Below are positions 37,958 to 47,425 of a stretch of DNA of 64,000 nt, one piece after another. The stretch comes from a virus. The translations under genes were made by a program, and so were the position numbers. Below the pieces are notes generated by a model. That model was not told where the DNA came from, did not search any database, and was given only the letters and a program-made list of their open reading frames with translations. Position 1 is the stretch's first letter. Every line of letters begins with the position of its first letter. The stretch is taken from UHGV virus genome UHGV-1351569. The stretch is one strand, 5' to 3'.

Positions 37958-38698
37958 ATGATTAGTGACTCTATGACAGTTGAAGAAATCCGTCTTCATT
38001 TGGGACTTGCATTAAAAGAAAAAGATTTCGTAGTTGATAAAACTGGCGTTAAAACTATTGAAATTATTGGCGCATCATTTGTAGCAGATGAACCGTTTAT
38101 TTTTGGCGCTCTTAATGATGAATACATTCAGCGTGAACTTGAATGGTATAAATCTAAAAGCTTGTTCGTTAAAGATATTCCAGGTGAAACACCGAAGATT
38201 TGGCAACAAGTAGCATCTTCTAAAGGTGAAATTAACTCGAATTATGGTTGGGCTATCTGGTCAGAAGATAACTATGCCCAGTATGATATGTGTTTAGCTG
38301 AACTTGGTCAAAATCCTGATTCTCGACGTGGTATCATGATTTATACTCGTCCATCCATGCAATTTGACTACAATAAAGATGGCATGTCAGATTTCATGTG
38401 TACTAATACAGTACAGTACCTGATTCGTGATAAGAAAGTCAATGCAGTAGTAAGCATGCGCTCAAATGATGTGGTCTTCGGATTCCGTAATGATTATGCA
38501 TGGCAAAAATACGTATTAGATAAATTAGTATCTGATTTGAATGCAGGCGATTCAACTCGTCAGTATAAAGCAGGTTCTATTATATGGAATGTTGGAAGTC
38601 TTCATGTATATTCTCGTCATTTTTACTTGGTTGATCATTGGTGGAATACTGGCGAAACTCATATTGTGAAAAAAGATTATAACGGTGAGTGGAAATGA
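37958..38698 (+). CDS. 42: dCMP hydroxymethylase gp42
   Basis: 246 aa; thymidylate-synthase-like fold; size and position as in T4. Confidence 0.9.
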   Translation: MISDSMTVEEIRLHLGLALKEKDFVVDKTGVKTIEIIGASFVADEPFIFGALNDEYIQRELEWYKSKSLFVKDIPGETPKIWQQVASSKGEINSNYGWAIWSEDNYAQYDMCLAELGQNPDSRRGIMIYTRPSMQFDYNKDGMSDFMCTNTVQYLIRDKKVNAVVSMRSNDVVFGFRNDYAWQKYVLDKLVSDLNAGDSTRQYKAGSIIWNVGSLHVYSRHFYLVDHWWNTGETHIVKKDYNGEWK

Positions 38699-39537
38699 TT
38701 CAATTCGTAATTCCAAGCTATCAACGCGTAGGGGCAGTTTCTGCCCTTGATATGTTTCCGACTGATTATGAACCTCATATTGTAGTACGTGAACACGAAG
38801 AAAAAGCTTATTATGACGCTTACGGGTCTAGGGCTAAAATTATAACTATTCCTGATGATGTAAACGGAATTGCCGGTACTCGTAAAGCAATTACTGATAT
38901 GTATGCAGGTCAACGAATCTGGATGATTGACGATGATACTACTATTCGTATGAGTTCAATGCGAAAAAGAGATGATCGTCGTTGTGTAGATAAAGTCAAT
39001 CAATTGACTCGTGAACAGTTCTATGAATTGATTCAATATGTTGAGGATGCCATGGATTGTGGGTATTATCATGGCCATGCTCGTCTACCTATTTTTAAAA
39101 TTACTTCATCTTGGGGTAATTATCGTGAAAATTCATATGGATTCACGAATACATGGTATGACCTCGGAAAACTTACTACAGAACAAATTGGGTATGGAAA
39201 AATTGATTTATGCGAAGATATGTATGCATTTCTCAATTTAATTAATCAAGGTTATCCGCATTTGGCCTTGTTCAAATATCTGGTTGTATCTGGAAAAGCA
39301 CAAGCTCCTGGCGGGTGTAGTTCAATTCGTAGTAATTCTAAACATAATAGAGCGCTTGAGCAAATCAATAGAGAGTTTCCAGAGCAAGCTCGTTGGAAAA
39401 CTTCTAATATTGAAAAACGAAAATCGTTGGGTGAAGAAGACGAGCCATTAAAGGTTCTTCGTATGTGTGTTTCGCGTAAAGAAAAATCAGAAGCATTTCA
39501 TAAGTTTAATGCTATTCATCCAATAGCAGTTGATTAA
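38695..39537 (+). CDS. putative DNA glycosyltransferase (T2/T6 beta-alpha-gt-like), 280 aa
   Basis: Occupies the 42-uvsX slot where T4 has beta-gt but does not resemble T4 beta-gt; ATG 38695 overlaps gene 42 stop. Confidence 0.5.
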   Translation: MIQFVIPSYQRVGAVSALDMFPTDYEPHIVVREHEEKAYYDAYGSRAKIITIPDDVNGIAGTRKAITDMYAGQRIWMIDDDTTIRMSSMRKRDDRRCVDKVNQLTREQFYELIQYVEDAMDCGYYHGHARLPIFKITSSWGNYRENSYGFTNTWYDLGKLTTEQIGYGKIDLCEDMYAFLNLINQGYPHLALFKYLVVSGKAQAPGGCSSIRSNSKHNRALEQINREFPEQARWKTSNIEKRKSLGEEDEPLKVLRMCVSRKEKSEAFHKFNAIHPIAVD

Positions 39538-39614
39538 TGCCTAAATTTATTGTGTTATAATTACCCTATCTTTAACCAGTGAGGAAAATATAATGATGCC
39601 TATGGAAAAAATGA

Positions 39615-40796
39615 ATGTCTATTGCAGATTTAAAATCCCGTTTGATTAAAGCTTCCACTTCTAAAATGACTGCTGAACTGACTACATCTAAATTCTTTAA
39701 TGAAAAGGATGTAATCCGTACAAAAATCCCAATGCTTAATATCGCTATTTCAGGTGCGATTGACGGTGGTATGCAGTCTGGTTTAACCATTTTTGCAGGT
39801 CCTTCTAAACACTTTAAATCAAATATGTCTTTGACTATGGTTGCGGCGTATTTGAACAAATATCCTGACGCGGTATGTCTATTCTATGATAGCGAATTTG
39901 GTATTACACCAGCTTATTTGCGATCCATGGGAGTTGACCCGGAACGAGTAATTCATACACCAATTCAGTCAGTTGAACAGCTGAAAATTGATATGGTGAA
40001 TCAGCTTGAAGCTATTGAGCGTGGTGAAAAAGTTATTGTATTCATCGACTCAATCGGTAATATGGCTTCTAAGAAAGAAACGGAAGATGCCTTGAATGAA
40101 AAATCTGTGGCAGATATGACTCGTGCTAAATCACTGAAGTCATTATTCCGTATTGTTACTCCTTATTTTAGTATTAAAAACATTCCATGTGTTGCGGTTA
40201 ACCATACAATTGAAACAATTGAAATGTTTAGTAAAACCGTGATGACAGGTGGTACAGGCGTAATGTATTCGGCTGATACTGTATTCATTATCGGTAAGCG
40301 CCAGATTAAAGATGGTTCTGATCTTCAGGGGTATCAATTTGTTCTAAATGTAGAAAAATCTCGTACCGTTAAAGAAAAAAGTAAATTCTTTATTGATGTT
40401 AAATTTGATGGTGGTATCGATCCTTATTCTGGATTGCTAGATATGGCTCTAGAATTAGGATTTGTAGTAAAACCTAAGAATGGTTGGTATGCTCGTGAAT
40501 TTCTTGATGAAGAAACCGGCGAGATGATTCGCGAAGAAAAATCTTGGCGTGCAAAAGATACCAACTGCACTACATTCTGGGGTCCTTTATTTAAGCATCA
40601 ACCATTCCGAGATGCTATTAAACGTGCTTATCAGTTAGGTGCTATTGATAGTAATGAAATTGTTGAAGCTGAAGTTGACGAATTGATTAACTCAAAGGTT
40701 GAAAAATTTAAATCTCCAGAAAGTAAAAGTAAATCAGCAGCTGATTTAGAAACTGACCTAGAACAGTTAAGTGATATGGAAGAATTTAATGAATAA
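39615..40796 (+). CDS. uvsX: recombinase UvsX (RecA-like)
   Basis: 393 aa; Walker A GPSKHFKS; very similar to recalled T4 UvsX. Confidence 0.95.
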   Translation: MSIADLKSRLIKASTSKMTAELTTSKFFNEKDVIRTKIPMLNIAISGAIDGGMQSGLTIFAGPSKHFKSNMSLTMVAAYLNKYPDAVCLFYDSEFGITPAYLRSMGVDPERVIHTPIQSVEQLKIDMVNQLEAIERGEKVIVFIDSIGNMASKKETEDALNEKSVADMTRAKSLKSLFRIVTPYFSIKNIPCVAVNHTIETIEMFSKTVMTGGTGVMYSADTVFIIGKRQIKDGSDLQGYQFVLNVEKSRTVKEKSKFFIDVKFDGGIDPYSGLLDMALELGFVVKPKNGWYAREFLDEETGEMIREEKSWRAKDTNCTTFWGPLFKHQPFRDAIKRAYQLGAIDSNEIVEAEVDELINSKVEKFKSPESKSKSAADLETDLEQLSDMEEFNE

Positions 40797-41133
40797 AGAT
40801 GATTTAGATTTAGATCTAGAAATTATCGATGAATCCCCCTCTTCGGAGGGGGAAGAAGAAAGAAAAGAACGTCTTTTTAATGAATCTCTTAAGATAATTA
40901 AATCTGCCATGGAAAATGTTATCCAGGAGATTGTCATTAAACTAGAAGATGGTTCTACACATATAGTGTATGTAACTAAACTGGATTGGGTTGATGGAAA
41001 GGTTGTAATGGACTTTGCTGTTCTTGACCAAGAAAGAAAAGCTGAGTTAGCTCCTCATGTAGAAAAATGTATTACAATGCAACTACAAGATGCATTTAAT
41101 AAAAGGTCAAAGAAAAAATTTAAATTCTTTTAA
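40789..41133 (+). CDS. 40: gp40 head-assembly protein
   Basis: 114 aa from ATG 40789 overlapping uvsX end; position as in T4. Confidence 0.75.
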   Translation: MNKDDLDLDLEIIDESPSSEGEEERKERLFNESLKIIKSAMENVIQEIVIKLEDGSTHIVYVTKLDWVDGKVVMDFAVLDQERKAELAPHVEKCITMQLQDAFNKRSKKKFKFF

Positions 41134-41142
41134 GGAGTAAGT

Positions 41143-42570
41143 GTGGTAGAAATTATTCTTTCTCATCTCATATTTGATCAAGCTTATTTTTCAAAAGTTT
41201 GGCCATATATGGATTCAGAATATTTTGAAAGTGGTCCAGCTAAAAATACATTCAAATTAATTAAATCTCATGTCAATGAGTATCATAGCGTTCCATCTAT
41301 TAATGCGTTAAATGTTGCATTAGAAAATAGTTCATTTACTGAAACAGAATATTCTGGTGTAAAAACACTTATTTCAAAACTGGCTGATTCTCCGGAAGAC
41401 CACAGCTGGTTAGTAAAAGAAACAGAAAAATATGTTCAGCAAAGGGCGATGTTTAATGCTACGTCTAAAATAATCGAAATTCAAACTAATGCTGAGCTTC
41501 CTCCGGAAAAACGAAATAAGAAAATGCCAGATGTAGGTGCTATTCCTGACATCATGCGCCAAGCATTATCAATTTCATTTGATAGCTACGTTGGTCATGA
41601 TTGGATGGATGACTACGAAGCACGTTGGCTATCTTATATGAATAAAGCTCGTAAGGTTCCATTTAAACTCAAAATTCTAAATAAAATTACTAAAGGCGGA
41701 GCTGAAACTGGAACACTGAACGTTTTAATGGCTGGTGTTAACGTTGGTAAGTCATTAGGATTGTGTTCATTGGCAGCAGATTATTTGCAGCTCGGACACA
41801 ATGTTCTTTACATTTCCATGGAAATGGCAGAAGAAGTCTGTGCTAAGCGTATTGACGCTAATATGCTCGATGTTTCTCTTGATGACATTGATGATGGGCA
41901 TATTTCTTACGCTGAATATAAAGGAAAAATGGAAAAATGGCGTGAGAAATCTACTCTCGGTCGTTTAATCGTTAAACAGTATCCTACTGGTGGAGCAGAC
42001 GCTAATACATTTCGTTCTCTTTTGAACGAATTGAAGCTCAAGAAGAATTTTGTTCCAACAATCATTATTGTTGACTATCTGGGTATTTGTAAATCTTGCC
42101 GCATCAGAGTTTATTCAGAAAATAGTTACACAACTGTTAAAGCTATCGCAGAAGAATTACGTGCTCTGGCTGTTGAAACCGAAACTGTTCTTTGGACCGC
42201 AGCACAGGTTGGTAAACAAGCTTGGGATTCTTCTGATGTTAACATGAGCGATATTGCAGAATCTGCCGGTCTTCCAGCAACAGCCGATTTTATGCTTGCG
42301 GTCATTGAAACCGAGGAGCTAGCAGCTGCTGAACAACAACTAATTAAGCAAATCAAATCACGATATGGCGATAAGAATAAGTGGAATAAGTTTTTGATGG
42401 GTGTTCAAAAAGGAAATCAGAAATGGGTAGAAATTGAACAAGATTCTACTCCAACTGAAGTGAACGAAGTAGCAGGTTCACAACAGATTCAGGCTGAGCA
42501 GAATCGCTATCAAAGAAATGAATCTACTCGAGCCCAGTTAGATGCTTTGGCGAATGAATTAAAATTTTAG
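41143..42570 (+). CDS. 41: replicative DNA helicase gp41
   Basis: 475 aa; Walker A GVNVGKS; matches recalled T4 gp41; GTG start. Confidence 0.95.
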   Translation: MVEIILSHLIFDQAYFSKVWPYMDSEYFESGPAKNTFKLIKSHVNEYHSVPSINALNVALENSSFTETEYSGVKTLISKLADSPEDHSWLVKETEKYVQQRAMFNATSKIIEIQTNAELPPEKRNKKMPDVGAIPDIMRQALSISFDSYVGHDWMDDYEARWLSYMNKARKVPFKLKILNKITKGGAETGTLNVLMAGVNVGKSLGLCSLAADYLQLGHNVLYISMEMAEEVCAKRIDANMLDVSLDDIDDGHISYAEYKGKMEKWREKSTLGRLIVKQYPTGGADANTFRSLLNELKLKKNFVPTIIIVDYLGICKSCRIRVYSENSYTTVKAIAEELRALAVETETVLWTAAQVGKQAWDSSDVNMSDIAESAGLPATADFMLAVIETEELAAAEQQLIKQIKSRYGDKNKWNKFLMGVQKGNQKWVEIEQDSTPTEVNEVAGSQQIQAEQNRYQRNESTRAQLDALANELKF

Positions 42571-42599
42571 TTTACAAGCTGACGAGACTATGGTATAGT
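42570..42599 (+). promoter_or_regulatory. T4-type early promoter
   Basis: GTTTAC, 18-bp spacer, TGgTATAGT. Confidence 0.5.
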
Positions 42600-42628
42600 A
42601 GTCTTGTTGGTTAAATGAGGAGATTGTT

Positions 42629-42811
42629 ATGGAATTGGTAAAGGTAGTTTTTATGGGGTGGTTTAAGAATGAAAGCATGTTTACTAAAGAAACCACAATG
42701 ATGAAAGATGACGTTCAATGGGCTACTACTCAGTATGCTGAAGTTAATAAAGCGCTAGTTAAAGCTTTCATTGATGACAAAAAAGTATGCGAAGTGGATT
42801 GCCGAGGATAA
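42629..42811 (+). CDS. dmd: Dmd antitoxin (inhibitor of RnlA/LsoA)
   Basis: 60 aa; near-identical to recalled T4 Dmd. Confidence 0.85.
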   Translation: MELVKVVFMGWFKNESMFTKETTMMKDDVQWATTQYAEVNKALVKAFIDDKKVCEVDCRG

Positions 42812-42812
42812 T

Positions 42813-43070
42813 ATGCATATCGTTTTATTTAAACCTACTCCGTATAACGTCAGGAAAAATACTCAATTCAAAGCACTTATTGCAGATACGTGGGAATTGG
42901 TGTTAGATATTCCAGCAGAAGAAAGTCCTCCATTTGGTCGAGTGGAATTTATTAAGTTTGCTGTGCGCCCTACGAAGCGACAGATTCGCCAATGCAAAAG
43001 ATACTTTCGTAAAATCGTCAAGTTAGAGAAACAGTTTGTAACATGTGATTACGCAGAAGTTTTAAAATAA
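42813..43070 (+). CDS. hypothetical protein, 85 aa (T4 61.4 position)
   Basis: ATG at 42813 just after dmd stop; track start 42771 overlaps dmd. Confidence 0.5.
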   Translation: MHIVLFKPTPYNVRKNTQFKALIADTWELVLDIPAEESPPFGRVEFIKFAVRPTKRQIRQCKRYFRKIVKLEKQFVTCDYAEVLK

Positions 43071-43072
43071 CT

Positions 43073-43102
43073 GTTTACTTTTGTTGAAAATTGAGATACT
43101 AT
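43073..43102 (+). promoter_or_regulatory. T4-type early promoter
   Basis: GTTTAC, 18-bp spacer, TACTAT. Confidence 0.45.
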
Positions 43103-43128
43103 AAACATAAACTACTGAGGAGATTATC

Positions 43129-43422
43129 ATGAAAAAATTTATCTTTGCTGCAATTTTTGCTTTATCTTCTTGCGCTGCTCAGCCTGCTATGGCGGGTTAT
43201 GACAAAGATTTGTGTGAATGGTCTATGACCGCAGATCAGACTGAAGTTGAAACTCAAATTGAAGCGGATATTATGAATATCGTTGAGCGTGATCGTCCTG
43301 AAATGAAAGCTGAAGTGCAAAAACAGCTTAAGTCTGGTGGTGTAATGCAGTATAATTACGTTCTGTATTGTGATAAAAACTTCAATAATAAAAATATCAT
43401 CGCTGAAGTGGTAGGTGAGTAA
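43129..43422 (+). CDS. sp: Spackle periplasmic protein
   Basis: 97 aa with signal peptide; matches recalled T4 Sp. Confidence 0.8.
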   Translation: MKKFIFAAIFALSSCAAQPAMAGYDKDLCEWSMTADQTEVETQIEADIMNIVERDRPEMKAEVQKQLKSGGVMQYNYVLYCDKNFNNKNIIAEVVGE

Positions 43423-43434
43423 ATAGAGGTTAGT

Positions 43435-43791
43435 ATGTATAGTTCTGAATTTTCATATTTAAAAATGGAAAAAATTTCATACGATTTTATAGATGAAAAG
43501 GTTTATTATAGTTTCCATGAACCACGTTTTAACAGTGAAGTCGGTTTTATTGTAGTAAAAGATAATTTCATTTTAAAAATATATTCGGCATTAAAGGATT
43601 TTCACTACGAAAATATTAACCTAAAATTTGATAAAGAAAACGTTCATAATTGTGCAGTAACAATTACAGGAAATAAAGGTACATGTGTTATGCTATCTGA
43701 TGAAATTAATGATTTGTTAAATGATGTAGAAAAGGTTGCTGTTCCATCAATTGATGACCAAATTTTTAACGCTTTTATGAATAGAGGTTAA
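43435..43791 (+). CDS. adfA: 61.2-position protein (anti-DarT factor AdfA in T4-like phages)
   Basis: 118 aa at the 61.2 slot between sp and 61; identity rests on synteny and size. Confidence 0.55.
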   Translation: MYSSEFSYLKMEKISYDFIDEKVYYSFHEPRFNSEVGFIVVKDNFILKIYSALKDFHYENINLKFDKENVHNCAVTITGNKGTCVMLSDEINDLLNDVEKVAVPSIDDQIFNAFMNRG

Positions 43792-43792
43792 T

Positions 43793-43957
43793 ATGAAAAC
43801 ATATAAAGAATTTATTAAAGAAGATGTGGTAGCTGGAGATTCAGGTGGTAATCCTGAAAATATCTCTACTGGAACAACAACAGGTGCTGTAGTAAATAAA
43901 GGTCCTGAACAGATTCCTAAAAAGAAAAAAGAGGAATCTAAAGAAAAAGAAGAGTAA
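43793..43957 (+). CDS. small Lys/Glu-rich protein, 54 aa (T4 61.1 position; below track cutoff)
   Basis: Hand-translated; ATG 2 nt after upstream stop, stop 2 nt before gene 61 ATG. Confidence 0.45.
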   Translation: MKTYKEFIKEDVVAGDSGGNPENISTGTTTGAVVNKGPEQIPKKKKEESKEKEE

Positions 43958-43959
43958 AA

Positions 43960-44988
43960 ATGTCATCAATACCTTGGATTGATAATGAGTTTGCATACCG
44001 TGCATTGGCTCATTTACCTAAATTCACACAAGTAAATAATAGTTCAACTTTTAAATTGCGGTTTAGATGCCCTGTTTGTGGAGATTCAAAAACCGACCAA
44101 AATAAAGCTCGTGGATGGTATTACGGTGATAATAATGAAGGAAATATTCATTGTTATAACTGTAACTATCATGCACCAATCGGAATATATTTAAAGGAGT
44201 TTGAACCTGATTTATATCGTGAGTATATCTTTGAAATAAGAAAAGAAAAAGGTAAAAGTCGTCCAGTAGAAAAACCTAAAGAACTTCCTAAGCGACCTGA
44301 GAAGAAAATAATTAAATCTCTTCCGTCATGTGTTAGATTAGATAAACTGGCGGAAGACCATCCAATTATAAAATATGTAAAAGCTCGTTGTATTCCAAAG
44401 GATAAATGGAAATATCTTTGGTTTACAACCGAATGGCCTAAATTAGTTAATAGTATAGCACCGGGAACATACAAAAAGGAAATACCTGAGCCTCGTCTTG
44501 TTATTCCAATTTATAATGCTAATGGAAAAGCTGAGTCTTTTCAAGGCCGTGCGTTAAAGAAAGATGCTCCTCAAAAATATATCACCATCAAAGCTTATCC
44601 TGAGGCAACAAAAATCTATGGAGTCGAACGAGTCAAAGATGGTGATGTATATGTTCTAGAAGGACCTATAGATTCACTTTTTATTGAAAATGGTATAGCT
44701 ATTACAGGTGGTCAATTAGACCTAGAAATTGTTCCATTTAAAGATAGACGTGTATGGGTTTTAGATAATGAACCTCGTCATCCTGACACTATTAAACGAA
44801 TGACTAAATTAGTTGATGCAGGAGAAAGGGTTATGTTTTGGGATAAATCTCCCTGGAAATCAAAAGATGTTAATGATATGATTAGAAAGGAAGGTGCAAC
44901 CCCTGAACAAATTATGGAATATATGAAAAATAATATTGCCCAGGGGTTAATGGCTAAAATGCGGCTATCTAAATATGCCAAGATTTAA
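43960..44988 (+). CDS. 61: DNA primase gp61
   Basis: 342 aa; N-terminal zinc ribbon CPVCGDS...CYNCNYH; matches T4 gp61 size. Confidence 0.93.
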   Translation: MSSIPWIDNEFAYRALAHLPKFTQVNNSSTFKLRFRCPVCGDSKTDQNKARGWYYGDNNEGNIHCYNCNYHAPIGIYLKEFEPDLYREYIFEIRKEKGKSRPVEKPKELPKRPEKKIIKSLPSCVRLDKLAEDHPIIKYVKARCIPKDKWKYLWFTTEWPKLVNSIAPGTYKKEIPEPRLVIPIYNANGKAESFQGRALKKDAPQKYITIKAYPEATKIYGVERVKDGDVYVLEGPIDSLFIENGIAITGGQLDLEIVPFKDRRVWVLDNEPRHPDTIKRMTKLVDAGERVMFWDKSPWKSKDVNDMIRKEGATPEQIMEYMKNNIAQGLMAKMRLSKYAKI

Positions 44989-45185
44989 ATTAACCCAACC
45001 AAAGCAAATGCTAAATCTACGAATGTATCAAGAGTAACTACTGGAATATTAATACCATGCGCAATAGCTACTGGCGATAAAACAAAATTCCAAAGTAAAA
45101 TTCCTATCATAGCAGAAATAGTAAAAGCTATACGTTTTTTATTACCTTTGATGGCATTAACAAGTGCCATTAATTTTTGTACCAT
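44985..45185 (-). CDS. small hydrophobic protein, 66 aa, opposite strand
   Basis: Only ORF in the 61-56 gap; AAGGAGGA RBS 5 nt before ATG on minus strand; two hydrophobic segments. Confidence 0.55.
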   Translation of the reverse strand: MVQKLMALVNAIKGNKKRIAFTISAMIGILLWNFVLSPVAIAHGINIPVVTLDTFVDLAFALVGLI

Positions 45186-45196
45186 ATGTCCTCCTT

Positions 45197-45222
45197 ATTG
45201 CTTTATATATTTATTGTATAAT
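45197..45222 (+). promoter_or_regulatory. MotA-dependent middle promoter upstream of gene 56
   Basis: TGCTTTA 45199-45205, 11-bp spacer, TATAAT 45217-45222. Confidence 0.55.
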
Positions 45223-45256
45223 TAATCTACTAACCCATGAATTGAAAGGAAAAATA

Positions 45257-45775
45257 ATGGCTTACTTTAACGAATGTTCACAACTGATTGAAGGCGCTGA
45301 TAAAGCTCAAAATGAATATTGGGATATTCTCGGCGATGAAAAAGACCCACTACAGGTTATGCTTGATATGCAGAAATCTCTGCAGGTTCGTTTAGCTAAA
45401 GATAAACCTGAATATAACCGTCATCCTGATGATTTGGCTACCGCAGGTGAAGTTGTTGATTGGCTGCGCAATCAGAAAGATTATATTGACGATGAATTCC
45501 GTGAACTTCTGACTTCTCTTGGTGGTATGAGTAATGGTGAAAAAGACGCATCTGCTGTATGGAAACCTTGGAAGTCGCAGCATGGTGAACGTCGTGAAAC
45601 TCTGATTACTGATTTGTCTCCGCAAGACCAGTTAGAAATTAAATTTGAAATGATTGATATTCTTCATTTCGTTCTGAACATGTTCCAAGGTCTCGGTCTT
45701 ACGGCTGAAGAAATCTTTAAACTTTATTATCTAAAAAATGCTGAAAACTTCGCTCGTCAAGACAGAGGTTATTAA
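45257..45775 (+). CDS. 56: dCTPase/dUTPase gp56
   Basis: 172 aa from ATG 45257; close match to recalled T4 gp56. Confidence 0.9.
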   Translation: MAYFNECSQLIEGADKAQNEYWDILGDEKDPLQVMLDMQKSLQVRLAKDKPEYNRHPDDLATAGEVVDWLRNQKDYIDDEFRELLTSLGGMSNGEKDASAVWKPWKSQHGERRETLITDLSPQDQLEIKFEMIDILHFVLNMFQGLGLTAEEIFKLYYLKNAENFARQDRGY

Positions 45776-45819
45776 TGGCTCGTTTATTTAAACGACGACT
45801 TAAAAGCCGCGAGAATTAT

Positions 45820-45827
45820 TATAAATA
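45820..45827 (+). promoter_or_regulatory. T4 late promoter core (TATAAATA) upstream of soc
   Basis: Exact TATAAATA about 30 nt upstream of soc ATG. Confidence 0.6.
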
Positions 45828-45857
45828 ATCATGTAATTTAAATAAAAGGAGAATTAC

Positions 45858-46103
45858 ATGGCTAGTACTCGCGGTTATGTTAATATCAAAACGTTTGAGC
45901 AGAAATTAGATGGAAATAAGAAAATTGAAGGAAAGGAAATTTCTGTAGCTTTCCCTCTTTATTCTGACGTTCACAAAATTTCTGGCGCTCATTACCAGAC
46001 ATTCCCTTCAGAAAAAGCAGCATATACTACTGTATATGAAGAAAATCAACGCGCTGCGTGGATTGCTGCAAACGAAGATTTGTGGAAAGTAACTGGTGAA
46101 TAA
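45858..46103 (+). CDS. soc: small outer capsid protein Soc
   Basis: 81 aa; near-identical to recalled T4 Soc. Confidence 0.93.
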   Translation: MASTRGYVNIKTFEQKLDGNKKIEGKEISVAFPLYSDVHKISGAHYQTFPSEKAAYTTVYEENQRAAWIAANEDLWKVTGE

Positions 46104-46108
46104 ATTCA

Positions 46109-46133
46109 GGGACTCCTTCGGGAGTCCTTTTTT
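46109..46133 (+). terminator. rho-independent terminator
   Basis: ggactcc-ttcg-ggagtcc then tttttt. Confidence 0.65.
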
Positions 46134-46143
46134 CATTTTACCG

Positions 46144-46173
46144 GTTTACTTTCCACAATGAGTATGGTATAAT
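46144..46173 (+). promoter_or_regulatory. T4-type early promoter
   Basis: GTTTAC, 18-bp spacer, TGgTATAAT. Confidence 0.5.
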
Positions 46174-46199
46174 AGAATTATCTTATAGAGGAGAGCACT

Positions 46200-46412
46200 A
46201 TGTTAAATCGTTGGATTAAACCAAATGAAGACCTCCAGAAGGTTCTTGATAAAGCTATCTCTGATAAATGGGGTATGAAAAGCTGGGATTGTGATGTCGT
46301 CACGCATTCATTCATGATGCATGCAGATGGTTCAGTCGAGTTCAATGCTGAAATGCGATACACTGACTGGGGTGGATTTCAAAGAGTCGAATTTCAAAGA
46401 GGCTTTTTGTAA
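46200..46412 (+). CDS. hypothetical protein, 70 aa
   Basis: gaggagagcact RBS. Confidence 0.5.
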   Translation: MLNRWIKPNEDLQKVLDKAISDKWGMKSWDCDVVTHSFMMHADGSVEFNAEMRYTDWGGFQRVEFQRGFL

Positions 46413-46753
46413 TGTTTATCTTTAATTGGTTTAAAAGTTTCTTTACGGATTTTTTCTCTACAGCTCCTGGAGAAGGTGTAGTTCCTATTTCAAACGACTA
46501 CCTTCCTTTAACTGTAGTTGAATATGTTTATATGGGAGATGGAACAGTAGAAGCAGTTACTATGACTTATGAAGAAGCCCAGGAATATTATAAAAATCCT
46601 TGGCGCTGGTCAACACCTACTACATCATCTAATGCACAGAATACACAGTCTAGTTCTGATTCATATGACACTAATGTTCCTGTTCATGTATGGACGGGCG
46701 ATTCGTGTGGAAGTTCTTGTGATTCTAGTTGTTCATCTACATCTTGCGATTGA
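46412..46753 (+). CDS. hypothetical protein with Ser/Cys-rich C-terminal tail, 113 aa
   Basis: C-terminus [18 protein letters not shown]. Confidence 0.5.
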   Translation: MFIFNWFKSFFTDFFSTAPGEGVVPISNDYLPLTVVEYVYMGDGTVEAVTMTYEEAQEYYKNPWRWSTPTTSSNAQNTQSSSDSYDTNVPVHVWTGDSCGSSCDSSCSSTSCD

Positions 46754-46761
46754 GGAAAATT

Positions 46762-47247
46762 ATGGAAGCGATTTTGTTTGAAATGTATATTAGCAGTAAT
46801 AGTATGTCGTTTGCTAAAGATGTTCCAATTACAGTAGCAGTAATGATTGATAAGGGTTATTGTGACCCAATGTATCTCGTAGAAAATTTCGTTTCAATGC
46901 CAGTTCCAGAAGATGCTGAAATAAAACTTAAAAAGATTGGTATCATTGAAACTGTACCAAATATTCCGTTTAGAGCAATTGAAGCATTTACTAAATCCGA
47001 ATACATTAATGTTAGCGCAGAACAATATAATGATAAGCCTTTATCTTTTTATTCGTACGATTCACTATATAGTTGGAAAATAGATAAAGGAAATAAATTT
47101 ATAATTGCAAGTGAAGATGCTTTATCATACTTTATTTCTTCTGTATGGAATAGTTTACATCCAAATTTGCTAAAAATTCATGAATTTGATGATGCTCCTA
47201 CTGTTGTTTTAGGTAAAACAAATGAAAGTTCTGAAGAAAATGTTTGA
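46762..47247 (+). CDS. mrh: Mrh (modifier of rpoH-dependent heat-shock response)
   Basis: 161 aa from ATG 46762 (gaggaaaatt RBS); size/position as T4 mrh. Confidence 0.6.
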   Translation: MEAILFEMYISSNSMSFAKDVPITVAVMIDKGYCDPMYLVENFVSMPVPEDAEIKLKKIGIIETVPNIPFRAIEAFTKSEYINVSAEQYNDKPLSFYSYDSLYSWKIDKGNKFIIASEDALSYFISSVWNSLHPNLLKIHEFDDAPTVVLGKTNESSEENV

Positions 47248-47425
47248 ATGGTTCAATAGACCAAACTCAATGTATATTGATGATGGTTGGGTTGAACAAG
47301 CAAATAAAGAAATGCAGAACGAATCAGAAGAATGGATGAAATCAATGATTAGTGCTGAGAAAGAAAAGAAATTAGAGCGCTCAGCGCTTAAATTGATGAG
47401 AGACATCTATGGGGATAAATCATGA
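47222..47425 (+). CDS. hypothetical protein, 67 aa
   Basis: ORF from track. Confidence 0.45.
   Translation: MKVLKKMFEWFNRPNSMYIDDGWVEQANKEMQNESEEWMKSMISAEKEKKLERSALKLMRDIYGDKS

Noticed and set aside
39580-39640. 18-codon upstream mini-ORF overlapping the uvsX start
   Set aside because: Too short to assess; may be incidental ATGs in the leader
46569-46781. 70-aa + strand ORF overlapping the Ser/Cys-tail gene
   Set aside because: Alternative frame inside a better-supported ORF; no independent start signals
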